Shown here piece by piece: positions 10,268-19,620 of a stretch of 64,000 nucleotides of DNA. A program made the translations under genes and the position numbers. The DNA comes from Bacteroidota bacterium (GTDB taxonomy: Bacteria; Bacteroidota; Bacteroidia; Chitinophagales; Saprospiraceae): contig JBCDHX010000004.1 of assembly GCA_038749535.1 (NCBI GenBank), positions 17,603 through 81,602 on the forward strand. The letters run 5' to 3'. The notes below the pieces were generated by a model. It was not told where the DNA came from. It worked only from the letters and a program-made list of their open reading frames with translations, and made no database searches. Position 1 is the first letter of the stretch, and every line of letters starts with the position of its first letter.

Positions 10268-11332
10268 TCATAACTTTACCACTTCTCCCGTCCGATACGA
10301 CTCATCCGCTGCCAGTACGATCTTCAAGCTATTGATAGCATCATTCATATGATCGGTCAGATCAAGATCGTTTTGGATCGCATTCAATAAATATTCTTGT
10401 TCTAGCAGGCAAAGTGCATCATGATCTGGCTCGTCTTCAGCGGTGATGAAGTCATCTTTTTTGGTCAGTTTTCCACTTTCATCTATGTCGCTGTGGTGAA
10501 TTTGGAGCGTTCCCACCTTGCTATGTCCATCAATATCGTCCGACGCACCTTTATCTGACTCGACGATGGAGACTGCTCCTTTCGGTCCAATGACATCTTT
10601 GATAAAAAATGCCGTTTCACTCATCATCGGTCCCCAACCTGCTTCGTACCAGCCGACTGAACCATTCTCAAATTTGACTTGTAACTGCCCGTAGTTGTAC
10701 ATATCGGCAGCAATTTCATTCGTCAACTGTGCCCCGATAGCGTGTACGTGTACCGGACGCGATTGGGTCATCATACACATAATATCTACATAATGAACAC
10801 CGCAGTCAACGATGGGCGACATGGATTGCATCAAATTTTTATGCGTCATCCACTCTTTTCCGGAGCTTTGCTGATTGAGATTCATTCGCATCACTAAAGG
10901 TTTTCCTAATGATCGTGCCTTCTCTACGAACAGAGCCCAAGTCGGATGGACACGCAAGATATAGCCGATGACCAATTTCTTGTCTTTTTCTTGTGCCAAT
11001 TGAACGATCTCTTCTGCCTCTTCGACTGTCGTCGCCAATGGTTTTTCTAGAAACAAATGAGCATCATGTTCCAATGCTTTTTTCGCATACTCGGCATGGG
11101 TATCGGGATAGGTATTGATGGAAACGACATCCGGTTTCGTCTCTTTCAGTGCAGTTTCATAGTCGCCAAACATCGGTAAGCCACCCAGCTCATTGGACAG
11201 TCGCTCTCGACTTTCTAGGGATCGACTTACTAGCCCAACGATTTCAAATTCTTTCAATTGATGATAAGCTCTGGCATGAGAAGTGCCCATATTGCCGCAA
11301 CCGACGACTAGAACTTTGTATACTTTAGACAT
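10268..11332 (-). CDS. Gfo/Idh/MocA-family oxidoreductase
   Basis: VLVVGCGNMGTSHA is a Rossmann motif. The start was moved to MSKVYKV, which removes the overlap with pdxJ. Confidence 0.8.
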   Translation of the reverse strand: MSKVYKVLVVGCGNMGTSHARAYHQLKEFEIVGLVSRSLESRERLSNELGGLPMFGDYETALKETKPDVVSINTYPDTHAEYAKKALEHDAHLFLEKPLATTVEEAEEIVQLAQEKDKKLVIGYILRVHPTWALFVEKARSLGKPLVMRMNLNQQSSGKEWMTHKNLMQSMSPIVDCGVHYVDIMCMMTQSRPVHVHAIGAQLTNEIAADMYNYGQLQVKFENGSVGWYEAGWGPMMSETAFFIKDVIGPKGAVSIVESDKGASDDIDGHSKVGTLQIHHSDIDESGKLTKKDDFITAEDEPDHDALCLLEQEYLLNAIQNDLDLTDHMNDAINSLKIVLAADESYRTGEVVKL

Positions 11333-11349
11333 GGAATGACGAGTTTTGA

Positions 11350-12066
11350 TTATTTTTCTAAACAACGAAGATACAACTGAATCGTATTTTTCAGACCTAA
11401 GTAAATAGCATCTGTAATCAGCGCATGACCGATAGATACTTCATGTAGCGGCTGCACTTCTCGCGCATAAAATGCCAGATTATCCAAGTTCAAATCATGC
11501 CCGGCATTCACACCCAACCCAATATTATCAGCTAGTTTTGCACAGCTACGATGCGCTGCCACAGCAGATTCTCGATCAGCTTCATAAGCTTTGGCATAGT
11601 CTCCGGTATACAACTCGATCCGATCTGCTCCTACGGCTTTTGCTCCTTCCACCATTTTTTCTTCTGCATCCAAGAAAAGCGACACACGAATACCTTCTGC
11701 TTGCAACTGAGCAATGATATCTTTCAGAAAATCTGCTTGCGCATAGGTATTCCAACCGTGATCAGAAGTCAATTGATCGGGTGAGTCAGGTACTAAAGTG
11801 CACTGATGCGGACGATTCGCTAAGACTAGCTTCATAAAATCGGGCGACGGATAGCCCTCTATATTAAATTCGCTACGAACTTGTGCTTTTAATGGGGCAA
11901 CATCGCTGTATCGAATGTGTCGCTCATCCGGTCGTGGATGTACTGTAATCCCCTGTGCTCCAAAATCTTCACAGTCTTTAGCAACTTTCAACAAATCAGG
12001 AAAATTACTGCCGCGCGAGTTGCGTAGTAGAGCAACTTTATTGACGTTGACGCTGAGTCGAGTCAT
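11350..12066 (-). CDS. pdxJ: Pyridoxine 5'-phosphate synthase
   Basis: LSVNVNKVALLRNSRG at the N-terminus and a length of 238 aa are typical of PdxJ. Confidence 0.9.
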   Translation of the reverse strand: MTRLSVNVNKVALLRNSRGSNFPDLLKVAKDCEDFGAQGITVHPRPDERHIRYSDVAPLKAQVRSEFNIEGYPSPDFMKLVLANRPHQCTLVPDSPDQLTSDHGWNTYAQADFLKDIIAQLQAEGIRVSLFLDAEEKMVEGAKAVGADRIELYTGDYAKAYEADRESAVAAHRSCAKLADNIGLGVNAGHDLNLDNLAFYAREVQPLHEVSIGHALITDAIYLGLKNTIQLYLRCLEK

Positions 12067-12170
12067 GTATAACTTGGTTTAGTTGATTTGAAAGTACAAA
12101 AGTAAGGATTACGAGCATAGAACGCTTTTTTTCAAAAATGTATCTCAAAATTAATGCTATCTTGCTTGCT

Positions 12171-13493
12171 ATGAATACAACACAAACACCGCTCAATGAT
12201 AAGCGAATCATCCGCGCTTGGGCATTTTTTGATTGGGCGAATTCCTCTTACGCATTGACGATTGCGGTAGCGATTTTTCCGGCTTATTACGCGGCTGTGA
12301 CGCTCGATGAAGTAGCCGTTTTTAATCGCCCCATTTCCAATACAGCGCTGTATGCCTTCGCTATTTCGGCAGCTTATTTGGTGTTGGCATTGTTCTCACC
12401 TTTGCTTTCTGGCATCGCCGATTATAGCGGTCGCAAAATGTATTTCATGCGCTTTTTTACCTTTTTGGGTGGATTGTCTTGTATCGGATTGGCGTTTTTC
12501 AAAGGTATGGATGACACGCTTCCGGCGACGGCAGCTTTCAATGAGTGGCAGATCGCGATAGGTGTTGTCTTTTTTATGCTGGCGACCATGGGATTTGCAG
12601 GAAGCTTAGTGTTTTATAATGCCTATCTACCTCAAATCGCGACAGAAGATCAGTATGACAGAGTAAGTGCGAAAGGCTTTGCGTATGGCTATATCGGGAG
12701 TATTATTTTGTTACTTATCAATCTTGTAGTCATTATGAAACCGGATTGGTTTGGCATCGAAAATGAAAGTTGGGGACCTCGCATTTCTTTTGTAATGGTC
12801 GGACTTTGGTGGATGGGTTTTGCGTTTATTCCATTCCGACAATTGCCTAAAGATCAGCGCGTTAAAGTGGAAGATGGATTGATGAAAAAAGGCTGGCAAG
12901 AAATCAAAAAGGTATGGCAAGCAATTAAAATCGAGCAAAATATCAAGTCCTTTCTACTCGCCTTCTTCTGTTATAGTGCAGGCGTACAAACAGTGCTTTT
13001 CCTAGCGGCTACTTTCGCAGAAACAGAGTTGGCATTTGATACCACAGAACTGATACTAGTCGTCTTGATTCTACAAGTCGTAGCTATTGCCGGAGCACAT
13101 TTATTTGCTAGAGTGTCGCGCTTTCGCGGCAATATTTTTTCTTTGCTAATTATGTTGTTTATCTGGATTGCGATCTGTGTAGGCGCGTATTTTGTGACGG
13201 TGAGTTGGCAGTTTTATGCTATTGCGAGTGCTGTTGGCTTGGTGATGGGTGGTATTCAATCTTTGTCAAGAAGTACGTATTCTAAATTAATACCGGAGGA
13301 GACAGAAGACACGACTTCCTACTTTAGTTTTTACGACATTCTGGAAAAAATCGCAATTGTGTCCGGTACGTTTATTTTTGGCTTGACCGATCAGTTATTT
13401 GGAATGCGCAATAGCGTCTTGGCGTTGGCTATTTTCTTTATCGTGGGTCTGATTATTTTGAGGAAGGTGAAGGTGGAAGAGAGTGTGGCTTGA
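12171..13493 (+). CDS. MFS transporter (UMF1 / Atg22-like family)
   Basis: About 12 predicted TM helices. The N-terminal WAFFDWANSSY motif is present. The start was moved to MNTTQTP. Confidence 0.7.
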   Translation: MNTTQTPLNDKRIIRAWAFFDWANSSYALTIAVAIFPAYYAAVTLDEVAVFNRPISNTALYAFAISAAYLVLALFSPLLSGIADYSGRKMYFMRFFTFLGGLSCIGLAFFKGMDDTLPATAAFNEWQIAIGVVFFMLATMGFAGSLVFYNAYLPQIATEDQYDRVSAKGFAYGYIGSIILLLINLVVIMKPDWFGIENESWGPRISFVMVGLWWMGFAFIPFRQLPKDQRVKVEDGLMKKGWQEIKKVWQAIKIEQNIKSFLLAFFCYSAGVQTVLFLAATFAETELAFDTTELILVVLILQVVAIAGAHLFARVSRFRGNIFSLLIMLFIWIAICVGAYFVTVSWQFYAIASAVGLVMGGIQSLSRSTYSKLIPEETEDTTSYFSFYDILEKIAIVSGTFIFGLTDQLFGMRNSVLALAIFFIVGLIILRKVKVEESVA

Positions 13494-13497
13494 TTTT

Positions 13498-13557
13498 AAA
13501 ACACATAGGCACATAGAATACGCCACGACTATATCTTCCTATGTCCCTATGTGTTTT
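13498..13557. terminator. Bidirectional terminator between the convergent MFS and sucA genes
   Basis: A 12-bp perfect outer stem AAAACACATAGG / CCTATGTGTTTT plus a 6-bp inner stem. A/T runs lie on both sides. Confidence 0.65.
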
Positions 13558-13565
13558 CCAATTCT

Positions 13566-16331
13566 TTATACCCCCTCAAAAGCCGTCTCCACAATCGCCG
13601 TCTGCTGTTGCTCATGCAATGATTTATAACCCGTAGCAGGTGACGCACTCGCTTTGCGCGAAATCAGTTTGACCTCTTGCTTGCCATACCAATAAGTCAG
13701 CAAATGTCCCCATGCGCCCATATTCGCAGGCTCTTCTTGTACCCAATAGATTTCAGCTTCGCTGTACTTTTCAAAGATCGCAGTCAATTGATCTTCCGGT
13801 AGCGGATACAACTGCTCTAGGCGCACAATGGCAACATCTTTGCGTTTGTCTTCGCGCTGCTTCGCCAACAAATCATAGTAGACTTTGCCAGTACACAACA
13901 ATATACGTTTCACTTTTTTACGGCTACGCGTAGAAATGCTGCTATCGTCGATGACTTCTTGAAAGCGATTGCCAGTTGTAAAATCTTCAATATCCGAAAT
14001 TACCTCAGGATGACGCAACAATGATTTTGGCGACATCACCACCAATGGTTTGCGGAAAGGACGAGCTAGCTGGCGACGCATCAAATGGAAGAAATTGGCA
14101 GGTGTCGTGCAGTTGGCGACTGTCATATTGAACTCGGCACAAGATTGTAAGAAACGCTCTACGCGTGCGCTGGAGTGCTCTGGTCCTTGACCTTCGTAGC
14201 CATGTGGCAATAAAAGTACCAATCCGCTCATGCGCTGCCACTTACTTTCTGCTGCGCTAATGTATTGATCGACAATGGTTTGCGCGCCATTGTAGAAGTC
14301 GCCAAATTGTGCTTCCCAGATCACCAAAGTATCCGGCGTAGCCAAGGAATAACCATACTCAAAACCCATGACCGCAAACTCAGAGAGTAGGGAGTTATAA
14401 ATCATGTATTCGCCCTGCTCCTTTTCTATCGTATTGATGCGGTTGTATTCTCGGTCTGTTCCATTATCGAATAAGATGGCATGACGATGCGAAAACGTAC
14501 CCCGCTGTACATCTTGTCCACTCATCCGTACATTCTTGCCTTCCAGCAAAATGGAAGCATAAGCCGCCAGTTCTGCCATCGCCCAATCAAACTTGTCGTC
14601 TTTCAGCAACTTTTTTTTGCCTTTGATGAGTCGATTGATCTTTCCGATAGGATTCAAGTCATCGGGATACTCCATCAGATGATCGGCAATTTTCATCACT
14701 GTCTCTTTCGCAATACCAGTATCTGGGGACTCCAGAAAGTCTTGAGCAGTCGTTACTTTCTGCAGAGCGCGCCAGGCTTGCTCCGGCTCTTGATATTCGT
14801 AAGGCAGTGGCTTTTCTTTGACTTCATCTAGTCGCTCTTGTAGCTGCTGCCAAAATTCATCTTCCAGTCGCTCGGCTGTCTCCACATTTATATCATTACG
14901 ACGCAGCAAAATATTGCGATAGACTTCTCGCGGGTCTGGATGGCTTTTGATGATTTCATACATCTCTGGCTGCGTGAAACTCGGATCGTCGCCTTCGTTG
15001 TGACCGTGTTTGCGATAACACACCATATCTATGAAGACATCCGTATTGAATCGCTGTCTGTACGCCACTGCCAACTCAGACACAAAGACCACCGCTTCTG
15101 AATCGTCACCATTGACATGAAAGACCGGAGCTTGCACTACGCCTGCTACGCCTGTGCTGTAAGTCGAAGAACGCGCGTCCTCAAAATCCGTCGTAAATCC
15201 AATCTGGTTATTGATGACAAAATGAACCGTACCGCCAGTCGAGTAGCCGTCCAATTCACTCATCTGTGCCACTTCAAATACAACACCTTGACCTGCCACA
15301 GCCGCATCTCCATGTATCAAAATTGGCATGATGCGGTCGTACTCGCTATCATACAAAATATCTGCTTTAGCACGTGAAAAGCCTTCTACTATGGGATCTA
15401 CCGACTCTAGGTGAGACGGATTAGGCGCTAATTTTAAGTGTACTCTTTGACCGCCCAAAGTATCAACTTGCGAAGAATACCCCAAGTGGTATTTCACATC
15501 GCCATCACCATATTTGGAGTCAGGCACTGCAGTCCCTTCAAATTCTGTGAAGATGTGTTCATAAGTTTTGCCCATGATATTGGCGAGGACATTCAATCGC
15601 CCACGATGTGCCATCCCGATGATGAACTCTTCTACTTTCTGGGATGCACCTTCATTGATGATCGCATCCAGAGCAGCAATTGTCGATTCACCGCCTTCTA
15701 GTGAAAATCGCTTCTGTCCAATATATTTGGTGTGCAAGAATTTTTCGAAACCGACCGCCCCATTCAGTTTTTCCAGAATCCGTCGCTTCTTTTCAGCAGG
15801 CAGTCCATACGCATTGGTATCCAACTTTTCGACTCGCTCTCTCAGCCAACGCCGCTTTTCTCTATTCTGAATATGTTCAAACTCAAAACCGATATGACCA
15901 CAATAAATGTCGCGCAATCGCGCCACGATGTTTCGTAAAGTCGTCGTCTCCAAACCGATCTCTGTTCCGGCATAAAACTGCTTATCCAAGTCTGCTTCGC
16001 TCAGTCCAAAATCTTCAAGCTGTAACGTCGCTTTTCTATTTTTTCGATCACGGATGGGATTGGTAGTCGCTTCTAAATGTCCGCGATTTCGATAGCCTTT
16101 GATGAGTCCCAGCACCTTAATTTCCTGAGCGATACCTTCGGCAGGAGTTGAGGTAGCGACGGCACTTCCATTGGAGGAACTAGCGTGTCCATTTTGGTCG
16201 CTTGCGTAATCAAAGCCTTTGAAAAAATTATGCCAACCTTCTTCTACGCTACTCGGATTGTTGCTGTAACTTTGGTACAATTGGTCGATATAGGAAGGGT
16301 GAGCATTGGCGATAAATGAAAAATCTTGCAT
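13566..16331 (-). CDS. sucA: 2-oxoglutarate dehydrogenase E1 component
   Basis: About 920 aa. The N-terminus SFIANAHPSYIDQLYQSY and the GHNEGDDPSFTQP region are typical of SucA. The start was moved to MQDFSF. Confidence 0.95.
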   Translation of the reverse strand: MQDFSFIANAHPSYIDQLYQSYSNNPSSVEEGWHNFFKGFDYASDQNGHASSSNGSAVATSTPAEGIAQEIKVLGLIKGYRNRGHLEATTNPIRDRKNRKATLQLEDFGLSEADLDKQFYAGTEIGLETTTLRNIVARLRDIYCGHIGFEFEHIQNREKRRWLRERVEKLDTNAYGLPAEKKRRILEKLNGAVGFEKFLHTKYIGQKRFSLEGGESTIAALDAIINEGASQKVEEFIIGMAHRGRLNVLANIMGKTYEHIFTEFEGTAVPDSKYGDGDVKYHLGYSSQVDTLGGQRVHLKLAPNPSHLESVDPIVEGFSRAKADILYDSEYDRIMPILIHGDAAVAGQGVVFEVAQMSELDGYSTGGTVHFVINNQIGFTTDFEDARSSTYSTGVAGVVQAPVFHVNGDDSEAVVFVSELAVAYRQRFNTDVFIDMVCYRKHGHNEGDDPSFTQPEMYEIIKSHPDPREVYRNILLRRNDINVETAERLEDEFWQQLQERLDEVKEKPLPYEYQEPEQAWRALQKVTTAQDFLESPDTGIAKETVMKIADHLMEYPDDLNPIGKINRLIKGKKKLLKDDKFDWAMAELAAYASILLEGKNVRMSGQDVQRGTFSHRHAILFDNGTDREYNRINTIEKEQGEYMIYNSLLSEFAVMGFEYGYSLATPDTLVIWEAQFGDFYNGAQTIVDQYISAAESKWQRMSGLVLLLPHGYEGQGPEHSSARVERFLQSCAEFNMTVANCTTPANFFHLMRRQLARPFRKPLVVMSPKSLLRHPEVISDIEDFTTGNRFQEVIDDSSISTRSRKKVKRILLCTGKVYYDLLAKQREDKRKDVAIVRLEQLYPLPEDQLTAIFEKYSEAEIYWVQEEPANMGAWGHLLTYWYGKQEVKLISRKASASPATGYKSLHEQQQTAIVETAFEGV

Positions 16332-16684
16332 GTTTTGAGTCTGTATTATGGGTCGTAAAAATTTGAATGTCAAGTTTGAGTATAGACGAATAGCTCAACA
16401 TTCTTAGTCTACGCTCAATAATAAATTGCTATTCCTCGACGGTAACAATTTGTTTATTTCACATGGCTTTAGAATACTGAGCTATTCTATAATTTCTAAC
16501 AAATTTAAACGGTGAAGTTCGGAAAAAGATAATTTTTAGAAAGATTTTTTAGAATTGTGTCGAAGATCTGTTGTTAGCTTTATGGAAACATCATCTAATG
16601 AATAGATAATCAATAGCAGTCATTTATAGCTGCTTATGAGCGTTTGTCTATGTATGATTCTGAATGTGTAAAAAGACGAAGGAA

Positions 16685-17551
16685 ATGTTTGGCAGACAAC
16701 TATCAATATTACTCATCCTGTCAACACTACTGGCTAATGGTTGTGGAACAGGTTTATCAATACCTCAAGACATCAATGTCACAGGTAGCATATTTTATCC
16801 TGATGTCCTTTCTACTGAAGCATTTTCGGAAAATTCAATCAGTTTCACCAAGGATGAGCGTACAATATTCGTTTCTAGAACAACGGGTTGGCAATATCAA
16901 TCGGGTCATCTATCAAAGAAACAAAAAGGGGCTTTTGTTACTACTACACCTATTCAGCAGTTGGATTCTATTTACAACGGCGCAATCAGTCCATCAGGAA
17001 AGAAGATCATCTTCTGCTCCAAGAAAAATGAGCAAGAAGAGATATTTTTACTTTCAAAACGAAAAGGCAAATGGAATACAATGGAAAATATATCGACCAC
17101 CTCTGATATATATGGCGGATACTTTTACTGGTCAAATGAGGAAGAACTCTACTTCTACACGTCCGCAAGTAAGGGAGACATTGTCCGTGGCAAATTGAAT
17201 GGAAATCAACTGACCATAACAGACGAATTAGACAACTTGAATACACCTGATGGCACAGAATTCAGTCCATTCGTAGACAAGAAAAAACGCTATATCATCT
17301 TTACCAGATACTTGGAAGGCGATAGCGATCAACAAGGTTTTTTCATTAGTTTTAATCGCTCAACAAGCAGACAGCCGGATTGGTCTACTCCGAAGAAAGT
17401 AGCGTTCTTGCCTTATGGCTGGAATGCTTATGTCCTTGAGCAAGAAAGCTTATTGCTCTACTCCAATGGTGACGACATCATTAAGATTCCGCTGAAAAAA
17501 TTCAATCTTGAAATTGATAAAATAAGGAATGCTATGACTAACGATGAATAA
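16685..17551 (+). CDS. Lipoprotein with PD40 / TolB-like beta-propeller repeats
   Basis: Lipobox LLANGCG. PD40-like repeats ISPSGKKIIF and FSPFVDKKKRYIIF. Confidence 0.55.
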   Translation: MFGRQLSILLILSTLLANGCGTGLSIPQDINVTGSIFYPDVLSTEAFSENSISFTKDERTIFVSRTTGWQYQSGHLSKKQKGAFVTTTPIQQLDSIYNGAISPSGKKIIFCSKKNEQEEIFLLSKRKGKWNTMENISTTSDIYGGYFYWSNEEELYFYTSASKGDIVRGKLNGNQLTITDELDNLNTPDGTEFSPFVDKKKRYIIFTRYLEGDSDQQGFFISFNRSTSRQPDWSTPKKVAFLPYGWNAYVLEQESLLLYSNGDDIIKIPLKKFNLEIDKIRNAMTNDE

Positions 17552-17606
17552 TGAGAAACTATAGAAAATAGCAATGCTAAATATATACATAGATCAGAAT
17601 TAGCTC

Positions 17607-17795
17607 CTACCTTTCCACCGCCTTCAACATCCCTTTCAGCTCATTCAACTTCATCATACATTCTATTGGTGTTATGCTACCCGGTGTAGAAGTAGCTGGC
17701 AAGTGTCCAATGCTAATTGATTTGTTTTTAGCGAAAAAATTAGATGTAATCCCTTCAATCACCTGAATTTTCTCAAAATACTTAGTTTTAAGCAT
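17607..17795 (-). pseudogene. Displaced duplicate of the mutS 3' end (last ~22 codons) fused to unrelated sequence
   Basis: The C-terminus ITPIECMMKLNELKGMLKAVER matches the MutS C-terminus MTPIECMMKLNELKGMLEVVEG. The DNA core is identical over 48 bp. Confidence 0.8.
17625..17672. repeat. Direct repeat copy 1 (48 bp exact; partner at 19639..19686)
   Basis: CAACATCCCTTTCAGCTCATTCAACTTCATCATACATTCTATTGGTGT occurs identically at both positions. Weaker similarity extends about 20 bp further toward the stop codons. Confidence 0.9.
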
Positions 17796-17840
17796 ATATT
17801 TTTATAATATTGTGTGAGTTGACGTAAATACCCTCTGTAC

Positions 17841-19004
17841 ATGGATCAATTAAACAAAGCGAGAAAACTTATCAGTCAGAATAGCTTATTCGAGGCTATA
17901 CAGACACTTCGTAATCTTCCCATAAAAAGTAAGCTTAAAATTAGCTTAAATGTAGCTGAGAGTAGACTTAACGCTGTCAACGAAAAGATCCGTTTGGGAA
18001 CCCTATCCGATAGCGAAATCAACATTGAACTAAACAAAATTAGGCATAGCTTACTTGAAGTTTGCGAGCAATTTTCTCTAGATCAGGAGAGAAAAGAAGC
18101 CAATGGTAATCGTAAATTATACCTACTATTCGCGGGTTTAGCTGCTATTGTTTTGGTCAGCATTGTATCTTATAAGCTATTGTCTAAAGACTCTTCTAAA
18201 ATGATATGCCTAGACCATAAGATAGCAATTCTGGTGGCTGACTTTAAAAATAACGAAAATCCTGACTACACGGATGCTTTCGCTAACAGCTTGGTTACGA
18301 CCATGGATCAAGCTCTATTGGATTCACTTTATGATGTAAGACCCGTCGGAAAGCAGACACGAAAAATCAGATCTTACAACAACTCTATAAAGCTGAAGTA
18401 CTTTGATGCTTCTTGTGATACAAGTGGCTTATTCGTCAATGGCTTTCTGTCTAAAGAAGAGGAAGTATTTAATATGTATATCACGATAGCTAATTTGGAA
18501 GTAAAGATGCCAGAGTTTTCAGAACAAAAGGGCATTATTCTCGACAATCCAGAAGGCTTCGAATTTTCAATCAGTGAAGACGCTAAGTTTCTAGCCAATT
18601 TCATTGTAGCCATTATTATGAGCTATGAAGGACAAACATACGAGGCACTAAAAATATTTTTTGACCTGGAAAAGCAAAAAGGGGAGGAAGGTATTGAGGA
18701 TGATAACTTAAAAGCTGTGCTGTCACATTATAAAGGTAACTGCTATGCAGTAAGAGGAGATAGTAAAAGAGCGAAGGAAGAGTACGAGGTAGCTGAAGAA
18801 TACGGCAATTCTGAACTAAAAATATCCTCCAAAAAAAATAAAAATGCAGCTGAGAAGATTAACGCTGAAATGGAATCAGATCCTGAACTACGAAAGCAAC
18901 TTAATCAAAATCGCTACGAGCATTCTAATTTTGAAAAAGAACTTTTAAGAGTACTCAGAGGCGTAGAAAGAGAGATAAATAGAATTTTTAGGGGACTCCA
19001 ATAA
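17841..19004 (+). CDS. Single-pass membrane protein: N-terminal helical adaptor-like module, TM helix, IAVLPF-type domain, TPR-like C-terminus
   Basis: The N-terminus SRLNAVNEKIRLGTLSDSEINIELNKIRHSLLEV resembles the short helical modules found on conflict and signalling proteins (from memory). The TM helix is LYLLFAGLAAIVLVSIVSY. It is followed by KIAILVADFKNNENPDYTDAFANSLV. Confidence 0.45.
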   Translation: MDQLNKARKLISQNSLFEAIQTLRNLPIKSKLKISLNVAESRLNAVNEKIRLGTLSDSEINIELNKIRHSLLEVCEQFSLDQERKEANGNRKLYLLFAGLAAIVLVSIVSYKLLSKDSSKMICLDHKIAILVADFKNNENPDYTDAFANSLVTTMDQALLDSLYDVRPVGKQTRKIRSYNNSIKLKYFDASCDTSGLFVNGFLSKEEEVFNMYITIANLEVKMPEFSEQKGIILDNPEGFEFSISEDAKFLANFIVAIIMSYEGQTYEALKIFFDLEKQKGEEGIEDDNLKAVLSHYKGNCYAVRGDSKRAKEEYEVAEEYGNSELKISSKKNKNAAEKINAEMESDPELRKQLNQNRYEHSNFEKELLRVLRGVEREINRIFRGLQ

Positions 19005-19055
19005 CTAAAAACTTATATAAATACCATTTCAATAACACTAAAACATTTATTTCCA

Positions 19056-19556
19056 ATGAAAAACCTATTATTAACTCTAGGGCTCATTTTAACCTTTCTT
19101 ATAACAGCCAATGCACAAAGAAACTATGATACTGCCATTGGTGCTAGACTTGGGTATCCTATTTCTCTCTCACTGAAAAGATATATTTCAGATGCAGGCG
19201 CGATAGAAGCCAATTTGGGATTTAGAGGAAATGTCAGCTACAATTGGATTGTAGTAAGTGGTGCATATTTGCATCATAAATCCTTTAACATTGATGAGTT
19301 ACCTAGCCTCAATTGGTACTATGGAGGTGGTGCATCAGTCTATTTTTGGAGCTACGACACTGACTTTCTGAGAAGTCAATATGGCTCTACGACTATAGGT
19401 CTTCAAGGCTATTTAGGAGTCGAGTATACTTTTAGTGAGGCACCGATTAATATTACTTTAGATTGGGTTCCCACCATATTTGTAAATGGCTTTACCTCTG
19501 GTTTTGGAGGTAGATATGGGTCGCTAGGTATCCGGTATGTACTAGGCAGAAACTAA
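19056..19556 (+). CDS. Small outer-membrane beta-barrel protein
   Basis: Signal peptide ending in TANAQ. The sequence shows alternating aromatic/Gly-rich beta-strand patterns and is 166 aa long. Confidence 0.55.
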   Translation: MKNLLLTLGLILTFLITANAQRNYDTAIGARLGYPISLSLKRYISDAGAIEANLGFRGNVSYNWIVVSGAYLHHKSFNIDELPSLNWYYGGGASVYFWSYDTDFLRSQYGSTTIGLQGYLGVEYTFSEAPINITLDWVPTIFVNGFTSGFGGRYGSLGIRYVLGRN

Positions 19557-19620
19557 TTTAATTGAATAGAAAGCTGTCTTTCTTGAATAGCATTTTTACT
19601 GAAGAGAAAGACAGCCTCTT

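Noticed and set aside
14481-16066. Several 60-130 aa plus-strand ORFs in the track (for example 14481..14831 and 15680..16066)
   Set aside because: They lie antisense inside sucA, which has unambiguous homology. Their products are low-complexity or unnatural. The same applies to the short ORFs nested in mutS, dnaG, pnp, the TonB receptor, the glycosyltransferase (448..714) and others.
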